Sequence record: DRR723986_8697
Length of the DNA: 46,382 nt
Strand: one strand, 5' to 3'
Positions 1-8,458 of the stretch are shown here, piece by piece; positions within the stretch are counted from its first letter, which is position 1; every line of letters begins with the position of its first letter. The notes under the pieces were generated by a model that saw only the letters and a program-made list of their open reading frames with translations, did no database searches and was not told where the DNA came from. Both the position numbers and the translations under genes were made by a program.

Positions 1-27
1 CCTTTGAGGTCTTCAAGACCTCGAAGG
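1..27. repeat. REP-like imperfect palindrome, copy A (possibly clipped by window edge)
   Basis: CCTTTGAGGTCT-TCA-AGACCTCGAAGG, 12-bp stem with one T.G pair; inverted relative to copy at 245-275. Confidence 0.7.
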
Positions 28-244
28 TTTTGATTGAATAGTGGATTTAGTAAATTGGTTCAAATCTCATGACTTGGACATACCAAAATCAAGTCTTCAG
101 ACTTCTATTAAGTGAAGCATATAGGAGGGTCAGAAGACTAAATTTCATAGGACACAAGCTAAAGAATTACGCCAGAAAGGATCATTGAATCGCATTTGTG
201 CTCTCTGCGAAAACCTCCCTGCGCTTTGCGGTTCAACTAATCAA

Positions 245-275
245 GACCTTCGAGGTATTCCAAACCTCAAAGGTC
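245..275. repeat. REP-like imperfect palindrome, copy B
   Basis: GACCTTCGAGGT-ATTCCAA-ACCTCAAAGGTC; its reverse complement matches the arms of copy A. Confidence 0.7.
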
Positions 276-277
276 AT

Positions 278-307
278 AAAAAAGCCCGAAGGAATCTTCG
301 GGCTTTT
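278..307 (-). terminator. Intrinsic terminator of dnaN
   Basis: AAAAGCCCGAAG/CTTCGGGCTTTT stem followed by T6 on the minus strand, 20 nt after the dnaN stop. Confidence 0.85.
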
Positions 308-327
308 CGTTTTATGGTTTGTGGTTA

Positions 328-1452
328 TTATACGTAGTTATTCAACATCACAGGCATTACTAGCATTAGGATGTCTTCGTTTTCATCCTGCTCAGCCGGA
401 AGGATCAAACCTGCACGGTTAGGCGCAGAGAACTTCAAGCTAACTTCTTTGCAAGAAAGGTTATTCAACATTTCTACCAGGAATTTAGCGTTGAAACCGA
501 TTTCGATATCCTCTCCATCGTGCTCACAGGAAAGTCTTTCGTTCGCCTCGTTAGAGAAATCAAGATCTTCAGCAGAAATCATCAATTCGCTACCCGTCAA
601 TTTCAATCTTACCTGATGCGTGGTTTTATTTGCATAGATCGCGATACGACGAAGTGAACTTAACAATTCTGAACGGTCAATAGTCATCACGTTCGGGTTT
701 TCCGCAGGAATTACATTTTCGTAATCAGGGAAACGCTCGTCGATCAAACGACAAATCATCTTGATGTTATTGAAGTTGAAATAGGCGTTTGACTGATTAA
801 ACTCTACAGTTACCGGAAGATTTTCTGAAGGCAAAGTTGACTTCAAAAGGTTCAATGCTTTACGAGGAATAATCAAAGTAGCAGCATCCTGTGAAGCGAT
901 ATCTACTCTTCTGTATCTTACCAGTCTATGTCCGTCAGTTGCTACGAAGGTAGTATTTGTTGGGCTTAGATTGATGTAAACACCAGTCATTGCAGGACGA
1001 AGTTCATCTGAACTAGTTGCGAAGATCGTGTTAGAAACAGCTGAAGAAAGCACCTCAGTAGACATGTCTACAGAAGTAGCGTTGCTTACAGTTGGGATTT
1101 TCGGGAAGTCAGTTGCATTCTCACCAGCCAATCTATATCGACCATTGTCAGAACTGATCTCAACCGCGTAAGTATCATGATCAATGCTGAAAGTAACCGG
1201 CTGCTCTGGTAGGTTTTTCAACGTCTCGATCAAAATCTTTGCAGGCACCGCGATATTTCCATCTTCCTTAGCCTCCACGTTGATTTCAGTAATCATAGAA
1301 GTCTGCAAATCAGATGCGGTAATGGTCAATAGACTCTCTTTGATCTCAAAAAGAAAATTTTCCAAAATTGGCACTACGGGATTGGTTGTTACCACACCGT
1401 TGATAGCCGAAAGCTGCTTTAATAATGCAGAAGAGGAAACAATAAATTTCAT
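328..1452 (-). CDS. dnaN: DNA polymerase III beta sliding clamp
   Basis: 374 aa; ITASDL, VATDGHRL, FPDYENVIP, IGFNAKFL and C-terminal LVMPV motifs. Confidence 0.98.
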   Translation of the reverse strand: MKFIVSSSALLKQLSAINGVVTTNPVVPILENFLFEIKESLLTITASDLQTSMITEINVEAKEDGNIAVPAKILIETLKNLPEQPVTFSIDHDTYAVEISSDNGRYRLAGENATDFPKIPTVSNATSVDMSTEVLSSAVSNTIFATSSDELRPAMTGVYINLSPTNTTFVATDGHRLVRYRRVDIASQDAATLIIPRKALNLLKSTLPSENLPVTVEFNQSNAYFNFNNIKMICRLIDERFPDYENVIPAENPNVMTIDRSELLSSLRRIAIYANKTTHQVRLKLTGSELMISAEDLDFSNEANERLSCEHDGEDIEIGFNAKFLVEMLNNLSCKEVSLKFSAPNRAGLILPAEQDENEDILMLVMPVMLNNYV

Positions 1453-1475
1453 ATGATTATAATTTTTCTATTGAA

Positions 1476-1544
1476 GGTCATATGGAATCTCGCATAGATT
1501 ATGAACATCCCAATCTGAGAAGTTTAGTCATGCTCGATTTCATA
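1476..1544 (-). promoter_or_regulatory. Conserved 5'-leader hairpin element, copy 1 (candidate cis-regulatory RNA)
   Basis: Minus strand TATGAAATCGAGCATG...TATGCGAGATTCCATATGACC, ending 23 nt before the dnaN ATG; shared with 27726-27798 and 39876-39945. Confidence 0.6.
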
Positions 1545-1664
1545 TCGTAGGGCTTAATATATTTTTACTTTTGAATGGGGGTAAATTTATAAATAAATTC
1601 TAATTCGAACCGTCGTATAAATGAATCTCTGACAAAATAATGAAATAGAACCTATTTTTTTGAC

Positions 1665-3353
1665 TCAGTTTATTCTGCGGCTATACTTATTCTTTCTAAT
1701 CCACCACACCAATCCTCCAAAAATCACCAAAACAATCACCGGTGCTAGCACATTCAATCCTTGCCAGAATGCCTTTTGCTGCGCAATCTTAGCCTTATTC
1801 AAAGGACGAATCTGAAAAGATCGGGTACGGGAGGCAATAATTCCTTCCGGATCAGCAAGATATTGTGCTAGGTTTTTCAGGAAAAGCTTATTTGCAAAAG
1901 TCGTCTGACTAAAGGGATCTTCGCCCAAGGCCAAAGGCGTTCCATCCTCCAGATTTGTTAATGCTTGAAAAACATCACCATCACCTACTACGACCACTTT
2001 TCCTTTACCACTTTCCTTAAAATCTGCTTTCGCAAAGCCTTCTGGTAGGAAACGGTTTTTGTACAAGGAAGTGAATTCCCCTTCCAATAAATAGGCAAGT
2101 GGTAAATTTCTTAGCCCAAATTGCTTCACATCAGGCTCCTGCTCCATATCTGCAAAAGCCACACGCACGGGCGCTTGCAAAATACGTGACAAATCAGAAC
2201 TAAAGACCAAAGGTGTTTTAGTTACTCCATCAGCTTTCACAGTATCAAGGCTACTAGCAAATCGAAACTCAACCACATCCAAGCCTTTGGTAATCGCATG
2301 CTCCTGCATCCTACCAGCCAAAATATAAAATGGCCAAGGCAAAGAAACCATCTGCTGCTGATCTCCGAAATTCCCTCCCATCACTGGAATATAGCCAAAG
2401 TTCAAGTCCTGAATCAAATCTTTATTCACACGTATTCCATAGCGGAAAAGAAGCTGATCCAAACCTACATCTACAGGCATTCCTAATGTGCCTTCACCTC
2501 CAGCATTCTCAATATCGACAGCCACGCCGTCTAGCAATACCACGAGATTTCCGCCTCCCATCACGTATTGATCAAGCAGGTAAATCTCACGTTCGGTAAA
2601 TGCTTCCTTAGGTCCTTGGATAAAAATCATCTCAAACCCAGCTAAATCTGCTGGTGTTTTCGCTTGCTCAAGCGGCACCTTGAATAACTCAAAATCACCA
2701 TCCAAAGCCTCTACCATGCCGTAGCCTTCATCCGAACTCATTTCTCCATGGCCCATAATCATGGCAATCGAGGAAGACTCAGGGGAAATCAATTGCCGGA
2801 TCGCATTGCTTAACTCGAACTCCAAATTCTCAATGGATTGATTTAGAGTTTGATCTGGACTCATTCCGCGCTCTCCTTTGAGAATTAATGCTCCCGTTTC
2901 ATATTCTTCATTGCTGACAAGAATACCCGGGAAAATAAGTTGCGTCTGCAAACCAGTAGGCTTATTGACAGAGAGATTGGTAGGGTTAATTCCGTACTGA
3001 GTTAAGGAAAGTATAAATTCCTCCTGCAGATCAGCTTCTATGCTTAATGGATCAAAATAAGAAAAAGTGATTTTCTCAGGACTGTAAGCATTAAAGGTGC
3101 GAACCGTTTCCTCAATAGATTTTTGCAATCTCCGCATGCCGCCGGGAAGGTCTTCACTCACCAAAAGAATATCCACGTGAAGCGGTTCGGTGATTTGCGA
3201 AAGCACTTCTTCTGTAGCAGGATGCAGAGAATAACGGTTTTCCTCAGTAAGATCAATTCTGAAATTCAGGAATTGAGCCAAAAAGACAAACAACAAAACA
3301 CCTCCGAAAAGTATCAACCAAGGCTTAGCAATATGTAAAGCGGCGTTTTTCAT
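1665..3353 (-). CDS. gldG: Gliding motility-associated ABC transporter auxiliary component GldG
   Basis: RIDLTEENRYSL N-terminal motif, LDQYVMGGG, two TM anchors; follows gldF and precedes dnaN. Confidence 0.92.
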   Translation of the reverse strand: MKNAALHIAKPWLILFGGVLLFVFLAQFLNFRIDLTEENRYSLHPATEEVLSQITEPLHVDILLVSEDLPGGMRRLQKSIEETVRTFNAYSPEKITFSYFDPLSIEADLQEEFILSLTQYGINPTNLSVNKPTGLQTQLIFPGILVSNEEYETGALILKGERGMSPDQTLNQSIENLEFELSNAIRQLISPESSSIAMIMGHGEMSSDEGYGMVEALDGDFELFKVPLEQAKTPADLAGFEMIFIQGPKEAFTEREIYLLDQYVMGGGNLVVLLDGVAVDIENAGGEGTLGMPVDVGLDQLLFRYGIRVNKDLIQDLNFGYIPVMGGNFGDQQQMVSLPWPFYILAGRMQEHAITKGLDVVEFRFASSLDTVKADGVTKTPLVFSSDLSRILQAPVRVAFADMEQEPDVKQFGLRNLPLAYLLEGEFTSLYKNRFLPEGFAKADFKESGKGKVVVVGDGDVFQALTNLEDGTPLALGEDPFSQTTFANKLFLKNLAQYLADPEGIIASRTRSFQIRPLNKAKIAQQKAFWQGLNVLAPVIVLVIFGGLVWWIRKNKYSRRIN

Positions 3354-4069
3354 TTATTTCTCAAAGCCAATACTGCACCGCCCAAAAACAACCAGATCAT
3401 CCCGAACAAAAAGAATAGATCTGCCGAATCAACCACCCCTCTACTCAAATTGATGTAATGAAAACTTAAGCTCACTTCATCTGCCCAATAGGAAATATTT
3501 CCAAGCTGCATATCCGCCAATGCCGAGAATCCAAAATACAAGACAAAACATAAAAACACACCCAACACGAAAGCAACTACTTGCTGTGAAGTAAGAGCAC
3601 TCGCGAATAAGCCAACTGCAGCGAAAACCGCTCCTATCATAATCAAACCTATCCAAGAGCCAAAAAAACCAGCTTGATCAAGGTTTCCGACAGGATCACC
3701 AAGTTGTATAATGCTATAGAAATAAAGCAAAGTTGGTACAAGCGCTACCAGAACCAGACAAAGCAAGGCTAGGTATTTGGCCAAAATAATCTGCACCAAC
3801 GACAGTGGTGAAGTTCTTAAAAGCTCCCAAGTTCCGGTTTTGCGCTCATCAGCGATAGCTCGCATAGAGAGGGCCGGAACCAGAAAGGTAAATACATAGG
3901 GAGTATAAGTGAAAAGTGCCTCAAGATCTGCATATCCATATTCCAATACGCTTGTTTCCGGAAAAACCCAGACGATCAACCCTAAAGCCACCAAGAATAA
4001 GGATAGCACTAGGTAACCTAACAGGCTACCAAAAAATGAATTGAATTCTTTTAGAAAAAGGCTGCTCAT
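3350..4069 (-). CDS. gldF: ABC transporter permease GldF
   Basis: KEFNSFFGS, MRAIADERKTGTWELLRTSP motif, multiple TM helices; 4-nt overlap with gldG. Confidence 0.92.
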   Translation of the reverse strand: MSSLFLKEFNSFFGSLLGYLVLSLFLVALGLIVWVFPETSVLEYGYADLEALFTYTPYVFTFLVPALSMRAIADERKTGTWELLRTSPLSLVQIILAKYLALLCLVLVALVPTLLYFYSIIQLGDPVGNLDQAGFFGSWIGLIMIGAVFAAVGLFASALTSQQVVAFVLGVFLCFVLYFGFSALADMQLGNISYWADEVSLSFHYINLSRGVVDSADLFFLFGMIWLFLGGAVLALRNK

Positions 4070-4971
4070 CTAGTGATCTCTCTAAAAATCTGTTCCAAAT
4101 TCTTTTTACTCTGATTCAAACTAATCAGGTTCAAGGATCGCTCCTGCACGATGTTCATCACAGCTTTCCTTCCTAAAGCTGCATCTTGACAAGAAATCAT
4201 CAGCTCTGAGGTTCCTTTGGAACCAAAGATCACAGTGCCAACATTCTCAAACCACTCCAGCTGTAACTCCTCCTCTGTCTCCAGAATCAATTGAACTTCA
4301 TTCGTTCCAGATTTCAACTTACTAAGTGAATCTGAAGCTAGGATTTTCCCTTTATTAATGATCACCACATCATGGCAAATAGCTTCTACCTCCTGCATGA
4401 TGTGCGTGGAAAGAATAAGCGTTTTGTCCTTTGCCACTTCTTGAATCAGACTTCTTATTTCTACCAATTGATTTGGATCGAGACCAGTCGTCGGCTCATC
4501 CAAAATGATCACTTGAGGATCATGGATCAAAGCTCGCGCAAGTCCTACCCGCTGCCGATAACCTTTGGAAAGTTGTCCTATTTTCTTGTGCTGCTCCGGC
4601 TCTAGTCCGGTGCGATGAAGCAATTCCTTGGTTCGGGATTTTAAGATTTGACCAGACATTCCATATAAGCCTCCGGAGAATTCCAGAAATTCCCGCACAT
4701 ACATATCAAGATATAAGGGGTTATGCTCAGGCAGGTAGCCAATGAGTCTACTCACTTCCTTCGGTGAATTCACAGCATCCTTTCCCATCACAGTAACTCC
4801 GCCAGAGTTGGCAGAAATGTAACCAGTAATCACCTTCATGGTGGTTGATTTCCCCGCTCCATTTGGTCCCAAAAAACCAAGTATCCTTCCCGGCGTAGCC
4901 GAAAATGACACTTCATCAAGTGCTTTTTGTGTTCCGTAAAGTTTGGTGAGCTGGCGTACTTCTAGAGACAT
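4066..4971 (-). CDS. gldA: ABC transporter ATP-binding protein GldA
   Basis: Walker A GPNGAGKST, signature LSKGYRQR, Walker B IILDEPT; coupled to gldF. Confidence 0.9.
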   Translation of the reverse strand: MSLEVRQLTKLYGTQKALDEVSFSATPGRILGFLGPNGAGKSTTMKVITGYISANSGGVTVMGKDAVNSPKEVSRLIGYLPEHNPLYLDMYVREFLEFSGGLYGMSGQILKSRTKELLHRTGLEPEQHKKIGQLSKGYRQRVGLARALIHDPQVIILDEPTTGLDPNQLVEIRSLIQEVAKDKTLILSTHIMQEVEAICHDVVIINKGKILASDSLSKLKSGTNEVQLILETEEELQLEWFENVGTVIFGSKGTSELMISCQDAALGRKAVMNIVQERSLNLISLNQSKKNLEQIFREITR

Positions 4972-4989
4972 TGGGCTTTTTTAGTCATT

Positions 4990-4997
4990 CAAAAGTA
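4990..4997 (-). promoter_or_regulatory. Bacteroidota -7 promoter element for gldAFG
   Basis: TACTTTTG (TAnnTTTG) 18 nt upstream of the gldA ATG. Confidence 0.6.
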
Positions 4998-5047
4998 GGG
5001 AAAAAATGTAGCTTTCATTAGCAAAGACTTGCTTGACTTACTTAACG

Positions 5048-5097
5048 AAAAAAAGGGGCAATTCTGATTTTGATAATCTAGCCAAATCAGAATTACC
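5048..5097 (-). terminator. Intrinsic terminator after redoxin gene
   Basis: AATTCTGATTT/AAATCAGAATT stem, then a T7 tract on the minus strand. Confidence 0.65.
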
Positions 5098-5105
5098 ACC
5101 CCGAA

Positions 5106-5630
5106 TTATTTACCAGCGCTCAATTTCTCAAGTAAAAGCTCAATCTTGGTGATCCCTACATATTCGGCAACCAATTGTTTTTTACCATCATAAACGTAAA
5201 TTGAAGGCACACTTCTTACTTGATAGAAACTAGCTACTTTCATTTCAGAATCAAGTAAAAAATGAACGTTGCTCTTGTCCTTAATTCCTAGACCATCTGC
5301 AAAATCTATCATTTCCTCCATAGGCTGCACCGTTGTTAGAATTAAGTTGTAGTCCTTAAACTCTTCAATTCTTTTGGAAATATTCCCGAGTTCCTCTTGG
5401 CAAAGATGGCAGGTGGAGTTGTAGTAAATGAATAGTGTCGGCTTTGCCCCCGCCACTCCGTGAATTGAGGTTGCCTTTCCATTGATATCATTCAAGGTAA
5501 AGTCTGGCAGTTCGCTTGGAGCAGTGAGAATAGCAGCTTCAGCGGAAGTTCCTAGTTGAGACAAATACCCCATGTAGGATGCACCACCTAAAAGGACTAT
5601 CAGTAGAATTATCAGATTTGTTTTTTTCAT
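5106..5630 (-). CDS. Membrane-anchored TlpA/redoxin-family thioredoxin-fold protein
   Basis: N-terminal TM/signal, LPDFTLNDING, CxxC (CHLC), cis-Pro loop VPS. Confidence 0.8.
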   Translation of the reverse strand: MKKTNLIILLIVLLGGASYMGYLSQLGTSAEAAILTAPSELPDFTLNDINGKATSIHGVAGAKPTLFIYYNSTCHLCQEELGNISKRIEEFKDYNLILTTVQPMEEMIDFADGLGIKDKSNVHFLLDSEMKVASFYQVRSVPSIYVYDGKKQLVAEYVGITKIELLLEKLSAGK

Positions 5631-5734
5631 AGCTCAAAAGATATTTTTCAAAATAAACACATAACTCGCTCAAAACAATTTTAAAGCATGCCAAATGGCT
5701 ATTTTCTGGCTTCTAAAGCCATAATAAATCTCAT

Positions 5735-5776
5735 AAAAAACACCGATGAGCCTCTTTAAAATACTCATCGGTGTTT
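5735..5776 (-). terminator. Intrinsic terminator after SDR gene
   Basis: AAACACCGATGAG/CTCATCGGTGTTT 13-bp stem with T-tract on the minus strand. Confidence 0.75.
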
Positions 5777-5798
5777 GAATTATTTTTACAGTATATTC

Positions 5799-6497
5799 TT
5801 ATTTCTTGCCTTTTGGCCTCAAAGGTCTGCATTCCACATCAGCCACAAAGTAGTTCGGATGAGTTTCTAAAGTCTGTACCATAGTGGTCGCCACATCAAT
5901 TGGTCTCATCATATTTTCGTGGGCATCCACACCCGGTATTTCGTCGAAGAAATTGGTTTGAATTGAGCCAGGATAAATCGTGGATACTTTAATACCAAAA
6001 TCTCTTAGCTCCATATAAAGTGAATGGGAAATCCCTCTCACCGCATGCTTGGTACCTACGTATCCAGCAAACTTATTCACTCCATTCAATCCTGCGATAG
6101 ATGCCACATTCAAAATATGTCCTTCATCTGCAGCTTTCATACCAGGAATCAAGCGCTTGGTGGTGTAGAAAATCCCATGAACATTGGTGTCAAACATGGC
6201 TTTCCAGTCCTCTGAGGAGAAAGTTTCTGTATCCCCAGCTACCCCAAATCCAGCATTGTTTACAAGGATTCTAATATCTTTTCCAAGTTTTCCAGTAGTT
6301 GCTTGAAACGCATGTTCCACTGACTCTTCTTTTGCCACATCACAGCTAAAAAAATGGAAATTTTCATGCTGAAAGTCTGGTGCATTTCTCCCCCAGCCAG
6401 CGACTACAGTTCCTTTTTCAAGCAGTAATTTTACTAACTCCAGTCCTATACCTTTACTTACGCCAGTTACTACAGCTATTTGATTATTGAGTTGCAT
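5799..6497 (-). CDS. Short-chain dehydrogenase/reductase
   Basis: TGVSKGIG, NNAG, catalytic YVGTK (YxxxK). Confidence 0.93.
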   Translation of the reverse strand: MQLNNQIAVVTGVSKGIGLELVKLLLEKGTVVAGWGRNAPDFQHENFHFFSCDVAKEESVEHAFQATTGKLGKDIRILVNNAGFGVAGDTETFSSEDWKAMFDTNVHGIFYTTKRLIPGMKAADEGHILNVASIAGLNGVNKFAGYVGTKHAVRGISHSLYMELRDFGIKVSTIYPGSIQTNFFDEIPGVDAHENMMRPIDVATTMVQTLETHPNYFVADVECRPLRPKGKK

Positions 6498-6610
6498 AGA
6501 TTCTTATTATATGATTGTTCTATACAAAGTCATTTGAATTGAAATAGTTCTTTTCAATGAGACTTTTAAGCATTTGGCTTTGAAAAAGCTTGAGCATTAG
6601 CACATTTTTC

Positions 6611-6618
6611 TAAATTTG
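6611..6618 (+). promoter_or_regulatory. -7 promoter element for amidohydrolase
   Basis: TAAATTTG 26 nt upstream of the ATG. Confidence 0.5.
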
Positions 6619-6644
6619 ATAAATACCAATACATAGCACCAACC

Positions 6645-7946
6645 ATGAAATACCTTTTATACTCACTGTTTTTTGTGTCAATGTTCGTAGGAACAGAAAC
6701 GCTTGTGGCACAAACAGCACTCCGCTCAACTATCGACACAAAAGCAAACGCAATTGAAGCCAAAGTGATCGAGTGGCGCAGGGATATTCACATGCACCCT
6801 GAGCTGGGAAATCAGGAGTTTCGCACTGCAAAGAAAATAGCAGACCATCTTCGCTCTCTTGGAATTGAGGTGACTGAAAATGTAGCTGTAACTGGAGTAG
6901 TTGGTGTGTTGGAAGGTGGAAAGCCTGGACCTACAGTCGCGCTTCGGGCAGATATGGATGGGCTCCCAGTCACCGAGCGCAATGATTTGCCTTTTAAATC
7001 TGTAAATACAGCAACTTACAATGGTCAGGAAACCGGAGTAATGCATGCCTGTGGCCATGATTCTCACGTCGCCATATTGATGGGAGTGGCAGAAGTGTTG
7101 GCCAGCATGAAAGGCGAACTACAAGGCACAGTGAAATTTCTTTTCCAACCAGCAGAAGAAGGAGTTTTTGATGCAGATATAGCTGGTGCTGAGCTAATGG
7201 TAAAAGAAGGAGTGATGGATGACGTGGATGCCGTTTTCGGCTTGCATATCAATTCCCAAACCGAAGTAGGAAAAATCGGTTATAGATCTGGACCGATCAT
7301 GGCAGCAGTAGACAATCTGGAAATCACCGTCAAAGGTGTACAAGCACATGGCGCTTATCCTTGGTCAAGTGTGGATCCAATAGTCACTAGTTCACAGATC
7401 ATCATGGGGCTTCAGACTATACTTTCCAGAAGTGTAAACGTCACCCAAAATCCTGCTGTAGTGACAATCGGAGCTATTCATGGAGGAATCCGCCATAACA
7501 TTATACCTGAGGAAGTGGAGTTGATCGGCACAGTTAGAACATTTGGCGATGAGCAGCAAAAGCTGGTACATAAGCGGATCAATGAGATCGTAATAAATAT
7601 TGCTGAAAGCGCAGGCGCTACCGTTGACTTGAAGCTCGAGAAACTATATCCTTCCACGGTCAATCATCCAGATTTGACAAAGGAAATGCTTCCATCATTG
7701 GAAGCCGCAGCAGGAGCAGAGAATTTAATCTATCTCAATCCAGTAACTGGCGCAGAGGATTTTAGCTTTTTCCAGAGAGAAAAACCAGGTGTGTTTATCT
7801 TTCTAGGTGGCATGAAAAAAGGCGGTGATCCATTGACTACACCTTCGCATCATACGCCTGGATTCTATATCGACGAAGGTGGATTTGTGCTAGGAATGCG
7901 AACCTTGAGTTATTTCGTTGTGGATTATATGGAACAAAATAAATGA
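6645..7946 (+). CDS. Secreted M20D-family amidohydrolase (N-acyl-L-amino acid amidohydrolase-like)
   Basis: Signal peptide; HMHPELG, LRADMDGLP, MHACGHD, FQPAEEG, GAEDFS, HH motifs. Confidence 0.92.
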   Translation: MKYLLYSLFFVSMFVGTETLVAQTALRSTIDTKANAIEAKVIEWRRDIHMHPELGNQEFRTAKKIADHLRSLGIEVTENVAVTGVVGVLEGGKPGPTVALRADMDGLPVTERNDLPFKSVNTATYNGQETGVMHACGHDSHVAILMGVAEVLASMKGELQGTVKFLFQPAEEGVFDADIAGAELMVKEGVMDDVDAVFGLHINSQTEVGKIGYRSGPIMAAVDNLEITVKGVQAHGAYPWSSVDPIVTSSQIIMGLQTILSRSVNVTQNPAVVTIGAIHGGIRHNIIPEEVELIGTVRTFGDEQQKLVHKRINEIVINIAESAGATVDLKLEKLYPSTVNHPDLTKEMLPSLEAAAGAENLIYLNPVTGAEDFSFFQREKPGVFIFLGGMKKGGDPLTTPSHHTPGFYIDEGGFVLGMRTLSYFVVDYMEQNK

Positions 7947-7967
7947 GTAGAATAATAGCTCATGACT

Positions 7968-8378
7968 ATGAAATCAACTCTAGCCATACTTTAAATTGTA
8001 ATCTTTTCTATTCTTGCTTTAATTCATTTTTACTGGGCAAGTGGAGGGGTTTGGGGATTTGAAAGTGTCATACCTACAAATGAACAAGGGCAGCAAATGC
8101 TGAGTCCGCAGACATTTGACAGCATAATTGTTGGGTCTGGACTAACTCTATTCGCAGCATTTTACTGGATAACCTTCATTTCGGCAAATCGCAAATTACC
8201 GTTTTGGGTTAGAATAATTGGGCTTTGGGCTGTCCCACTAATTTTTGGGTTGAGAGCTTTGGGTGATTTCAAATACATTGGTTTTTTCAAGCAAATTAAA
8301 TCATCAGAATTTGCGAAAACAGACACCTTATTCTTTTCTCCTTTGTGTTTAATTATAGCGATAGTAGGATTTATATAA
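7968..8378 (+). pseudogene. DUF3995-like membrane protein with in-frame TAA at codon 9
   Basis: ATG 7968 reads MKSTLAIL*IVIFSILALIHFYWASGGVWG... in frame with ORF 8097-8378 (RALGDFKYIGFFK, FSPLCL); TAA at 7992-7994. Confidence 0.7.
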
Positions 8379-8401
8379 CTGTATAAAAGCCGGCAAATTT
8401 C

Positions 8402-8440
8402 AAGAAAAACCAGTTCTATTTGAACTGGTTTTTCTTTTTT
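8402..8440. terminator. Bidirectional terminator
   Basis: AAGAAAAACCAGTTC/GAACTGGTTTTTCTT stem between convergent genes. Confidence 0.8.
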
Positions 8441-8458
8441 AGGAATTCATAGTATAGA

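Noticed and set aside
198-422. 74-aa plus-strand ORF
   Set aside because: Runs through repeats, a terminator and the antisense end of dnaN; no protein features.
1665-4971. gldAFG as evidence of gliding motility
   Set aside because: These genes alone do not show gliding; the motor and T9SS genes are not in this window.
7967-7978. TATGAAATCAAC, partial match to the 5' arm of the leader element
   Set aside because: No 3' arm (GCGAGATTCCA) follows; it is the start of the DUF3995-like gene.
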